A stretch of DNA of 64,000 nt, taken from positions 1,550,001 to 1,614,000 of the forward strand of contig VJWM01000025.1 of assembly GCA_010909165.1 (NCBI GenBank). The letters are read 5' to 3'. This document shows, piece by piece, positions 45,348 to 56,989 of this stretch. The notes under the pieces are model-generated. The model made no database searches and was not told the DNA's origin. It was given only the letters and a program-made list of their open reading frames with translations. How positions within the stretch are numbered: the stretch's first letter is position 1; each line of letters opens with the position of its first letter. The position numbers and the translations under genes are program-made. Source of the stretch: Anthoceros angustus (Eukaryota; Plantae; Anthocerotophyta).

Positions 45348-46502
45348 TGCTGGACCTCTAATTGGGAACAATTGGGAGTAGCAAAATCGTCCCATTTAGA
45401 GGGGTTCCGTTTAGGCATTTTCATCTTTTTGAAAATAAAAATATTTAAAATAAAAATCTTTTAAATCAAAATTCGAAAGAGCTTAAAAGCTTCCAAAAAT
45501 CCAAAAATCCAAAATGCTCCCTCATACTACATAGCTGCCAACCTAATTCTAGTTTGCGGGTTAAAATAATCATCAATCCTTGATTGATCTTTGAGTTCTT
45601 TCATCCAATGACTAGCAATATGTTTTTCCAATTGAGAATGCAACTTCAAAGCATCAAGAGTGTTATGTGGCATCTCTTCCAAAACATCTTCGCTATCCTC
45701 ATAGCATTATCTCTGACATCCTTTGTCGTGACGCGGTCTTGGCGCTATGGTCTCCACGACGCATTCTCCTCACCCTCCTCATTGTGGAGGGATTAATGCT
45801 TGCCATATTTCGTCCTCCGTAGGAATATCGTAGTCTCCAATACTTCATCCTCACAATCCTAGACAATGCACTTTTAGAAGCGCTATTGAAAACTTCTCTT
45901 GTCCATCTAGTCAACTCCTTAAGTGTGCAAGAGTGTTGGACATAATATTCAAACCTCTTTCTTTTGTTGCTTTGTTAGGGTAGCATGCTTGCGCGGCGGC
46001 TTGGGCGGCATTGTTCCTACACGTCAAAGAGAATGGGTAAGGAACACATACAAAATATCTCACAGCAAGACAACAACTTACAACACCATAACACAAACTT
46101 ACAACACATAAGACAACTTGTACAATGAAACAACTTATGTACTAGGAACAATGCTTCTGATCACAAAGCATAGTGTACAGAACTACTACATATATAGGCC
46201 CAATCTCGATGACTGTCTATGTTTTATGATATAATCTCAATAGCCTTTAACTTGACATAATCTCAATAACTCATGATTTAATCTCGATAAGATGATTTCC
46301 TCAATTTTTTATTTTTTATAAAAAATATGTATTTTCCCTTTTACAGAGGTGTACTTGTATTGAATGTTTGGGAGACATGTTCCCATTTACAAATTAGAGG
46401 GGTTTCCCATTTAGCATGTAGCACATTCAAGGGAGTAAGCCCGGGCGTCCCATTTAAAGGGGGTTCCCATTTATAGGGGTCCCAATTAGAGGGGTTTGAC
46501 TG
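45348..46502. mobile_element. Non-autonomous Tc1/mariner(pogo)-like element
   Basis: Insertion absent from other copies. Right end TCCCAATTAGAGGGGTTTGACTG|TA; left end retains inverted CCTCTAATTGGGA (45355) but is damaged. CCCATTT..AGGGG subterminal repeats. Confidence 0.6.
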
Positions 46503-47245
46503 TATCCTTGTACGTGCACTTCCTTGCAGCAAGGTTGTCGTTGTTGCAGGTGCTGCGTATTTCATCTAATCCGTGTCCAATGCTTCGTCTTCATATTCCC
46601 ATGCTTCACGCGCACAATATATATAAATTTCAATGCGTGTTGCCGTGCAGCCTTTTTGACTTCAGGTCATTTTCCTGCGGCTTTTGCATAATCTCTGGCA
46701 CTTCCACGACATCAATCGTCCGACTCCCCTGTGTTCTCTCTACTGTGGTATGGAGTTCTTCTCCATCAGCAAATGGCGCACCAGGGACGGATGACGTCCT
46801 CCATGGTGCGCGATGATGCAGGGCAGCAGGCCTTTCACGCGTTTTGTCATGGTACTCGGTGCAAAGTCACAGTTTAGATAATGACCAATGCCTGCCCCCG
46901 GCGTCAACACGGCCTGCACATGTCAGTACAGGCAAACGGCGATATGGAAGGCGCAAACAACGGCGATATGTAAGGCGCAGTGCGAGGAGACGAGTTGAGG
47001 TCAAAAAACGCTGAGGATGGATTCACACTATAACCGGTCTTGACTGACCAGTCAGTGCCGCGTCACGGCTTTGTTCCGAGCGGTGACCCGTTCGACCACC
47101 CTTGGCATTCACATACGAGTGGTCTGCACGAGTTTAGGATAGAGTTTACCTGTTTCATGAAAATTATCCAAATCATTATTCTATCCCGCTGTGCATGTGT
47201 CGTTTACAGGCACCTTGTCATGCACTTCGGCTTTTGCTTTCTTCT

Positions 47246-47313
47246 TGTGCGAGTCGGTCGAGCCCCTTCTTCGTGTGCGAGTCGGTCGAGCCCCTTCTTC
47301 GTGTGCGAGTCGG
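47246..47313. repeat. 28-bp tandem repeat x2.5
   Basis: TGTGCGAGTCGGTCGAGCCCCTTCTTCG repeated. Confidence 0.85.
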
Positions 47314-47580
47314 GTGTGAGCGCCTGCCCTTATGCGGTTTAATGCGTACATGCGTGAGAAACCCTAACGTAAAACCCACAGTCGCGCAATAGTATACGCC
47401 CCTACGCGCCAGAGCATTGATTGATGAGATGCATCCAGAGGCAGACCACCTTGACAAACCCCATGCTGAACGTACCCTATGGCATGGAGGATTCCGGCAG
47501 TGTACGGTTGAACCATGTCCGCAATACCATTCGCTGACCTGTGGGGATGCTTGCTCAGGATGACTCCCGCGGATGTAGCA

Positions 47581-48678
47581 TGTGGTTCTCCGGAAGACCA
47601 AAATCCATTCACAAAATGTTGGACACGGTGAGAGTCTCTCACTCTCATCTCCCATTTTTCGATCCGCGACAGGACTTTGCTTCCAGAAGCCCGTATGCCA
47701 ATGCCAGCTTCTCAGAATGGCCACTTCACGCATCTTCCTCAGATACCCGCTTTAGCACCAATTGCCTGTGTGGCACATGGCCTCCATCGTCCTTGCAACA
47801 CACAATTCAAGCTGCTTAGCTTCAAGGAAATGTCGTCCCTGTCTTCTCCCACAGCGAATGTGTGCACCTGGCTGTTCACCTCAATCCACGCCCATGCAGC
47901 CTTCTTGAATGCACCTGAACTCTTTCCCAGGTTCTCTACCCTCTCTACATCCCTCCACATGCCAGCATCTGCGTACAGATTTCCAAGTAGCACATATGCT
48001 GCTGCATTTTTAGGTTCAAGTTTTATAAGTTGCTCAAAGCATCGACCCTCACGCTCAGGATCTCCATGGCTTTTGCCCGCATTCAGCAAGGCTTTCCACC
48101 TCACAACATCATTCTCAAAGGGCATGGAGTACAACAACTTCCCTGCCTCATCCAGACGCCCCGGCTCGCCCAATGATGTTAACCCATGCAAGCGCAGTGA
48201 TAAACCCCAGATGTGATCCCGCCATGCTCCTGCACCATGCGTTCAAAATACTGCTGACCCTCGTCCACCAGTCTAGCGTGTCTGCATGCCACAGGAAGCG
48301 CGTGCATAAAGAGTCCAAGCTTCTTCACCAAGCCCTGGCTGAACAAATCCTATGATCATGGTATTCCACGTCACCAAACTAGTTTCTGGCAGGCAGTCTG
48401 TCCAACACTCTGCAAGAATCCTCTAAGCTACCACATTCTGCATACGTGCCCACCACACTGGTACCAACAACCAAATCAGCTTCTAGACCTATTTCTTGTG
48501 GCTCAAAATGGGGCTCCCTCCCCCACCAGCACATGCATTCAGGAGGCAAACAAACGTAAAACTATCAGCAGGCATCCTCCAGGACAGCTCCTCAACGTAA
48601 TGGCCTCCAGTTCCATACATCTGGAAAGCCTAAGAGCTTCTCTGGCGAACCCTTGGTGTGCATGCCCTGCAATCAAGC
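47581..48678 (-). pseudogene. PPR-E-DYW:KP remnant (copy 4)
   Basis: ORF 47739-48191, then GHSEKLALAYGLL and MRVRDSHRVQHFVNGFWSSGEP. Confidence 0.82.
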
Positions 48679-51195
48679 CATACCTCACTGGGTCTGGCTC
48701 CAACAGCGGCTGAGACTCTATGAAGCTGTGAGGAAATCGGTGGTGCGTTTCGATGGGGCATTGGTGGCGTTCTCCAGGCCACCCTAGCTGTTCGAGTCCA
48801 TTTTGCGGGGGGGCAGCAGCTGGGGCTCTACTCAGGTTCCAAGCTCTATCCCGCATTGGCGTCCGCATACCCTCATGAATGGGGGTTGCTGCGAGAAAAA
48901 GAATATCAGACCATGATCATACAAAGGCAAGGCTATGTCAACACAACGAGATTGATCATCACACTCACCTGATGGATCCCGCATGGGAGAGTCATGAAGG
49001 AGCCTGGGTGCATGGGAGTTCTGGAAGGGTGCGTAGGTGTTTTACCACCAAGTCCATATCTATATGATTCCCTGCAAGGAAATGGCAGAGGGTTTATAAA
49101 TACGCTTCTAACAAGGGATCCTTCCAAGCTACTTACTTGAGTCTGTCACAGTAGCACAGACCTGAAGGAGCTCGAAGCCATCGGCGTGTCACCAATGTCT
49201 GAGAGTTGATCTCTCCGCACTGCCACACGATCAGATGCAGGCTCAGACACAACATCCTAGATAGACAGCACCTCAGAAGCCGGCAGTTCAGAGTTGTGAA
49301 CAATTGTTTGGACAAACACACACAAGGAGGACACAAGGCATAACTGTACCCTCCTCCATTTGAGACTCTAGGTCAAATCGAACAGTGGTGTTTGTACATC
49401 CTTTACACGGCCTCGGTAACCTTTGGACCGCCCCAATCTTGTTTTGACTGTCCTCCCCAAGTAGCCCCTCATCTCTTAGGGCGTGGCCCCCATTTCGGCG
49501 ACCATAACCTCCTCCAAACCCTGCAGTCAATTTTATCTCAGCAACCTTGGTCTACCTACGAAACCCAGGAACATCACGGGTGCCTGCAGAAGGCCAGTCA
49601 AACCTAACACTTTGAGGAAGGTACCGAGATGGAGGATTTAGGTTGCTGAAGCTTGATGTGACCGCTCTCTGCAAGATAGCCCAAGAACTTCCAAAGTTGC
49701 AGACACGTTGAATTGCATGCACATATAATCCCAATGCCTATCAATTCCAACCACCGTCGTCAAACCAAAACTTCAATGTAAAGAATTAAGGTCCATACAC
49801 AGACTACCAATACTGTTTGCCCGAGAGCCTCCGCATGCTGAACACACATAACAAAGGGCGTACCACTCGTTCATTCCCACTTCTCATACCACCAAGTGCA
49901 ACACACACTTGTGATCGCACACAAAAAAAGCCACCATTCTCCAAGTGGTGACGGTCATATATAAATAGGATGCTGCGGTTTACGTGCTCCACCGGCTCTT
50001 GTCTACCCTGTACATCAGTTGCATCAGCTACACCAAGACTACCGATGGCTGACTGATGTCTACCAGAATTGAACATTCACAGCTTGTACTAGACAGAAGA
50101 AGTACCTTGCTGAGACCATCACGCACTCATACAATGTCCTTCACACCGACAGTTGCTTGACTGCCCAACAGAACCAAACAATACTCGCGCATCAGAGGAT
50201 ATTGGAGTTTCGGTAATTACTGGAATGCATGAACAATATGATCTTACTCCAGTAGAACAAGGTCATGTAGCTCATAATCCCCCAACTTCGAAAGACCTGT
50301 TGTGACCTCTGAGCTCTCCAGCGTTACACAAGCACTGTTGGCTCCAAGACCAAAGTCCACATGCACGCACATAAAAACCCCACTGGTCCACAGCATCACT
50401 TACATCCTCCGCTGTGGTCTCATTCAGAAAAACCACTGGATGGTGGTTCACCTTACCACCTTTCCAGTAGATCCTAAACGAGCCCCTCTGATCACCTTTA
50501 CATGATCTCCCGTCTTGAAGAATTAACGCACTTGTGACTCATTCACCGCAATGGTTTCCTGTCACATCAAAGGGTTAATCAAGTAGAGTGATATACTGTG
50601 TTAACCGATCTGCTACATCCTGCAGCTGAGTGAAACGAAAAAACAAAACTAGAGGACATCAATTACCTTCAGCGACAAATCCTCTGGACGGATGTATACT
50701 GTGTCGTCATCAACCTTTTCCACATTTCCCATCAACTTCTGCAAGTCTCATTCGATAAGCACAACAGCATCCCCTTTCATGAGCTTGCCCCTACGCTTTG
50801 AGGACAATGCTGATGGAAGCCCCATTGCATGTATACTGCCATCTTCTCCAGATTTCTGGGATTTCTGCACAGCAAAAGTTGGGACCACATTGGTGTCCAC
50901 ACTCTTCAGAGAGACCATCTTGTAGAGGCAACCATCCTTGAAAGTCATCCCATTGAAAACATGAAGGAGTTCTCCCGTCGCTACATCACGCCTATAGTCA
51001 ACAGGGATTCTCATGTTTCTGTACAGCAGCAAAGGTTTGCATGAGGTTCGTACAACAGCTTGAACCTGCTGCACCAACGAGTGACCAAGAGACATGCAGG
51101 AAGAGAGTGGGATGGCCCACTTGAGCTCCTCAACGTTCAAGAACCGTGGAGCTGGTCTCAAAGTCTTGTTTTTGTCCCTGTCATCTCTATCACCC
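48678..51195 (-). pseudogene. SPT5: SPT5 genomic fragment (copy 4, undeleted, with introns)
   Basis: ORFs 50748-51200, 49804-50076 (ILFIYDRHHLENGGF), 48933-49127 (PSRTPMHP) and 48539-48868 (MRTPMRDRAWN). Confidence 0.87.
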
Positions 51196-51630
51196 TGCAC
51201 GTCAATTGACGGAACCCCACTTTCAGTGAAAGATGTTCATCTAATGCTCATGTACCATCATGATACGTGGTACATGTCCTTCTGTCAGCATGAGCCGTTC
51301 TGCAAAGACGTCTATGGAGGTAGCATTGCTGGCAGGATGAAACGTGAGAAGCACTTTTCGGTACAAGTTTTTCTTTGACATCACTTGACCAGCACCTCAA
51401 GTGAAAGACTCCAAGGGGCAGCGCCAGTCAGCTATGTACATACCTCTAACCATATAGCTATGAACATACCTCTGACACATTGCGGGGATCTAAAGTAGTG
51501 CCACGCAGGGGACCAAGACACATTGTACACACCATTGTGATCATATTCGCTGTCTGCATGATGCGGGCTCTTGTTGCAAATCCATCAGTCCATCATGAGT
51601 CAACAGCGGTTGGCTACTAGAATGTTGGAA

Positions 51631-53648
51631 TCACAGATGTTGCATCTCCGTTTCAGGGTAATATGTGCTAGAGCTATTCCACAAAGAGGAATGAGAACTT
51701 AGCAGGGACAAGCTGTCACATGAAGTATCAACATCATCCTGCGCATTCTGTGGCTGCACACAATGGCGAGCATCATTCGATTGGGGAGCTCGACGCGTCC
51801 GAGTCCCAGTGAAGCCAGAGGGTTTGCAACTCGTTCCGGACCTCCTTCATTTCGGGACGATCTCGGGATCTGGGGGCCAAGCACCTGACAGCCAAAGCGG
51901 CCACACTGGCTATCGATGCCCGGAGGCTCCCATTCGCTGAACTGTGCGTGTCCGCCAACACAGGGTCGATCAGTTCTTGCCACTCCCCCCTGTCCATGGC
52001 AGACAGTGCCAGGGTCACCAAGCTAGTCGCTTCATAGCCTCTCCCAAAATCGATAGCAGGCTTTGAGGAAATGAGTTCCAGTAGCACAACGCCGAAGCTG
52101 TAGACATCGCTCCTGGGAGTCAGCTGGAAGCTGGAATAATACTCTGGATCAATGTAGCCCATGGTGCCTTGGATTGCCACTGTGGAGACATGAGTAGCTG
52201 CCTTGCTGGGAGCTAGCTTGGAGATGCCGAAATCTGCCACCTTGGCATTCAAGTCGTCGTCCAGGAGAATGTTGCAAGACTTGATGTCTCGGTGGAAGAT
52301 GGGAGGGTCGGCAGCCGAATGAAGATAGGCCAGGGCATCGGCAGTCTGTAGCGCTATGAGAAGGCGTTGCCTCCAGCTGAGGGGAGAGAATCCTTGTCTG
52401 GTCCCTTCCAGATGTTCCTTCAGTGTGCCGTTGGGGACAAACTCGTTTGTTCTCCATGGAACAACCCAGCAGCTTCACCAAGTGTCTGTGACTCACTCCC
52501 GACAGAATCCTGACCTCATTGAGAAACTGGTACTTGTACTGGGGAGCCTTCACGCTTGCCCTTCTTGATGGCTACCGCTGTGCCATCGGCGAGCTTGCCA
52601 CGGTACACTGTGCCGAAGCCGCCGGCTCCGATCTGGGCCGAGTCCGAGAAGTTGGAGGTGGCTTTGCGGAGTTCCCCAAGGGGCATCACCGTCACCGTTT
52701 GCCTCTCCAGCAGCGTGGCAATCAAGTCCGCATCTTGCTGGTGCTTTTTGGAATACACTCTCCATCTCCAGAGGGAGAACAAACAACTGGCCGCGCAAAC
52801 CGATACAGCGGAAACCACTATTGCCACAAGCACCCACACGTTGATACCATGGCCAGCAGGCGCAGCAGGTTGATTCCTGCAGGGCGGAAGAGGTTCGCCG
52901 CAGAGGCCCGGATTGTCGGCGAAGAAGCTGGCGTCACTGACATCCGGACGCAGGCCACCTGGGATGGGCACAGAGATCGTTGCCGGACAGATTGATGGTT
53001 CTCAGGTTAGGCAATGCAAAGAAAAGCGTACCAGGTATTTCTCCTGACAGATTGTTGTGGCTAAGGTCCAAGACTTGCAGAGTGAGAGGAAAGCTGTCTG
53101 GAATGGGGCCGGACAGCTTGCTGTGGGATGCGTTGAAGTGCAGCAAGCTCGGCAGACCTGTGACGAGCCCAGCCGGCATCGTTCCCTCCAAAGAGGTGTT
53201 GCTCAGATCCAACACGCGGAGAGTGACGGGTAACCTCTGGGGAATGGGGCCAGATAATCTGTTGTTGGACAGGTTGAGGAAGGTCAAATTGGGCATGGAA
53301 AGATAGAAAAGCTGGTCCGGCACTGTTCCGCTCAAGTTGCAAGATGCAAGATCCAAGATCTGGAAGGAGTCCAGACTCGTTGGCCTGGAACAATTGAGGC
53401 TGTCCGGCAATGGTATGCCCATGAGATCGCTACCGGCTAGACGAAGTTCCTCCAGCGGGGGGGTAGGAAAACGAAGCTCGGAACAACTTCTCTCCAGCAT
53501 ACTCTGCAAGGGATTGGGGAACTCCTCGGAAGGTGTCATGTTGAAATCGTTGTGGCTCAAGTCCCAAACTGGCCCAACCATGAGGTCCTCGATCGAGAGC
53601 AAGTTGGTGAGGTCCCCAGTGAATCGGTTGCCTTGCACTCGGATACTG
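51631..53648 (-). pseudogene. LRR-RLK copy 4, N-terminal half replaced by PPR sequence
   Basis: ORFs 52934-53638, 52516-52971 and 51773-52252; homology to other copies stops after CACTCGGATACTG at 53648. Confidence 0.85.
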
Positions 53649-55158
53649 CAGGATCTGCTTGAAGCCCTTGTCCTACAATCTCAGCATGCAACTGCTTTCC
53701 CTTCTCCAAAGCTGGAGAGCCTGCAATTGCACAAGCCTGCAGGAGGCACAGAAATGCCACAGAGTCGAGTGTAGAAATGCCTTCTTCTCGCACTATACAG
53801 GTGAAGGGCCTCCTTACCCATCCCCTGCAGGGAGTATCCAACTATCAGAGACGTCCACGTCACCACGTCCTTTTGACCAAGTCCTTCAAACACGGTCCGG
53901 GCATCCTCTAGGCTGCCACACTTCGCATACATGTTGACCAAACCGTTGGCAACAAACACATCGTCTTGGAGTCCTCGCTCTTTTATCCGTGCGTGCAGCT
54001 GCTTCCCCTTGTCCAAAGCCGAGGTACCCACACTAGCACACGCCTGCAGGAGACACACAAAAGTGACAGGATCTGGTTCAGCGACACCTATTTTTTGCAT
54101 GGTACTGTAGAGATGAAGAGCTTGGTGAGCCATACCCTGCTGAGAATATCCTGCTATCATGGCATTCCATGTGACCACATCCTTTTCATGAAGTCCATCA
54201 AACACACTCTGGGCATCCTCTAGACTTCCACACTTCGCATACATGTTTACCAAGCTGCAACTTACAACCATATCAGCGCCAACTCCTAGCCTTCTAATCT
54301 CTGCATGGAGCTGCTTCCCTTTCTTCAAAGCTTCAGGACCCACACTAGCACACGCTTGCAGCAGGGACACAAATGTCACAGAAGTAGGCGCAGGATTCCC
54401 ACCTGCTCGCATAGCACTGTACAGACGAAGAGCCTCTCGACCCTGCCCTTGCTGGGAATACCCAGCTGCCCTTGCTGGGAATACCCAGCTATCATAGAAT
54501 TCCACGTCACAACATCTTTCTGATCAAGCCCGTCAAACACCCGTCTAGCTTCTTCCAAACTTCCACACTTCGCATACATGTCCACCAAGCAACTACTTAC
54601 AAACAAATGAGGCACAGCCCCACTGGCCAACACATCGGCATGCACATGCTGCCCAGTCCTCAAGTCCGCTATCCTGGCACAAGCCTGTAGGACTGCTACA
54701 AACACGTGGCCATCTGGTTTCACACTTGACCTGCAAATCTGATGATACAGCTGTATGGCCTTCTCAGCTTGACCTTGCTTGACATGCGCAGTGATGATGG
54801 CAGACCACATGAAGGCATCTGGTTTGTCAACCTCGGCAAACACTTTCATAGCGTCTCGCAACCTGCCATGATAAGCATACATGCGCAGGATGTGTGTGCC
54901 CAGGAACGTGTCCGTCTGATACCCCTTTTCCACCGAGAAAGCATGCACTTGGCGTCCCAGATCAAAATCCTTCTCGGCCACACATTTCTTCAGGACAGTA
55001 TAAAATAGGGGGATGGAAATGCTGCTGCCCGACCGCACCAGGACTCCCAAAGCCTCCACAGCCTCAGCCACCCGCCCCTGCTGACAAAGTTTCGTCACTG
55101 TTTCAGCCGTAACGCCTCGTCCGCATCCAGCAGGCCGGAAACCAGGATCAACCGGCAA
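53649..55158 (-). pseudogene. PLS-class PPR gene A (N-terminal part), C-terminus lost at the fusion
   Basis: ORFs 54376-55158, 53681-54505 and 53557-53841 with MYAKCGSL / [16 protein letters not shown] motifs; 23-bp duplication at 54443-54488 shifts the frame. Confidence 0.85.
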
Positions 55159-55840
55159 GCTAGAGCAGGAATTAGGGGCACGACGACTTATCTGTAAATT
55201 GAGCGTAGACAGCTGCGTTGATTTCTCGAAATTGTCAAGCCAGAGTACTTCGCGGGACTCCCTGTGCCGGAATTGGGGGGGACGGAATCTCTTCTCATCC
55301 TGCCTACTGTCAAACCAGACGGTCTGATCCGCACAAAAATTTTCTCCACAAGAGTCCCTGCCTGCCTCTCTTGCTGGAAGGTATTTTTACAGCAACTGGC
55401 CGCGCTGAGCTTGTTGCCAGGCTGCTGCTCCTCACAATGTGATTCCCTTGCCAAGCTGGAGCATATCCAGGAGCAATTGGATTGTATCTGGTCCAGAAAA
55501 GCTGGTGCCCGAAGAGGCCCAGTCGCGCGCTGACGATGACCTCCGTAGCCATGATCAACCAATCGAGCCAAGCTCGCGCTCCATTTCGCAGGATGCTGGA
55601 CTCTCCGGTCCATACCCACACGTACTGCCGGAGACTGAATACCTTCTACCCTAATACCATCCACCTCTTGCCAGAGCTAATCGGCTACTTGCGACTATCA
55701 TTGTTCCTGCAACCCTTCCTTATCTTGTTGGCAAGGCCCAAGGTCGTCGTGCTTGCAGAGAGGGGCAAAAGCCAGAGTGAAGGGGCCGGACCGAGCTCTT
55801 GACATGACACTATTTCCAAGCATTGAAAAGCATAACATGC

Positions 55841-55895
55841 ATTTGGATTTGGATTTGGATTTGGATTTGGATTTGGATTTGGAACTTGGATTTGG
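55841..55895. repeat. (ATTTGG)n hexanucleotide microsatellite
   Basis: About 7 perfect units plus a degenerate tail. Confidence 0.9.
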
Positions 55896-56628
55896 CCAGT
55901 TTGGATCAGGCATCAGATCCTTGCCTACCAACTCTGGCGCACACTCTGACTCTGCTGCCTCGTAATCTTCCCTTCAAACTGTGCGAGACCTGTGCCAACT
56001 ACGAAGCATCCCGTTGTGGGACAACGAGTTAGTGGAGGTAGGCTTACGGTCCTTATGGTCTCCTCGTACACGATCTCGCACAATGTTAAGGCAGATCCAA
56101 ACAAAAAAGGCAAACAGACATGCGTGCTTGAAAGCCTGGCCGCGGGAGCCTGAATCTGCTGTAATCAATTGTACTCCTTATAGTAAAGAAGGGGCAGCAC
56201 TCACTGCCGGCTCAAATTCTAACGGAGGTGAGCCTACGTACGTAACCTGTTACGGGGAACAATGCTGCGCAAATTCAAGGCAATCTACGCCTCTAACCAT
56301 GGCCTTTATTTCCCATCCCATCAAACCAAAAAATAGAACTGGGTCTGGTTCGTGGCCAATCTCTGGCGGCATCCAACATTCTATCCTTCCCAGCACAACA
56401 CACCCTTTTTGTCCAGCCTGCAACCTTCTGCCAACCTTCTTTCCATTTCTTCAAAGCTCAACGAATGGTTGTGCATCCTCCAATCCCTTAAACGTTCCGC
56501 ATCCTCCAATTTCTCAAATATGTGAATCCGGAGACTTTATTATTAAACATGCTCCAGAAAGGAATAAAGGACGATTCGAGTGAAGGGCACCCAAATCAGG
56601 GGAGTAGTCCCAGTGATCTAGTGCGTAC

Positions 56629-56748
56629 CCAAAAGGGGGTGCCCACAATTGCACGTGCTTGCAAGGCGGACACAAGTGTCCCAGAATTGGGAGCGTACAT
56701 TCCTTTTCTATACATCAAGCACATGCAAGTGTGGGCACCCCCTTTTGG
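56629..56748. ncRNA. PPR-derived inverted repeat; candidate hairpin/MIRNA precursor
   Basis: 33-bp arms (56629-56661; 56716-56748) complementary at 31 of 33 positions, with a 54-nt loop; arms match PPR coding motifs. No expression evidence. Confidence 0.45.
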
Positions 56749-56989
56749 AGAAGGGGAAGCAGCTCCAAGCACAAAACTGGAGAAGGCCTTCGGTTCGTCA
56801 CTACCAAGATAGACTTCTTTCGGGTAGAATTTAGGGCAGTTGATTGAGTGAGTAACACGGCACTTGATCCAGGATGATACTCCACAAACCCCTCTGGACC
56901 AGGTTCAGCCAATGTGGAGCTGTTTGGATCCACATCCCCGTTGGATGCTCCGAATGGCACGGCCTGAGTTTATCAGGTTACTTGGTACA

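Larger units (their letters stand above)
47015..53648. repeat. Tandem segmental unit, copy 4 (lacks minisatellites; kinase gene 5'-truncated)
   Basis: GGATGGATTCACACTATAACCGG at 47015; jump at ~47390 to the sequence following the minisatellites. Confidence 0.88.

Noticed and set aside
47359-47367. Telomeric repeat AAACCCTAA
   Set aside because: Single unit; not a telomeric array.
55188-56583. ORFs between PPR genes A and B
   Set aside because: No recognisable domain or consistent splice pattern by eye; left unannotated.
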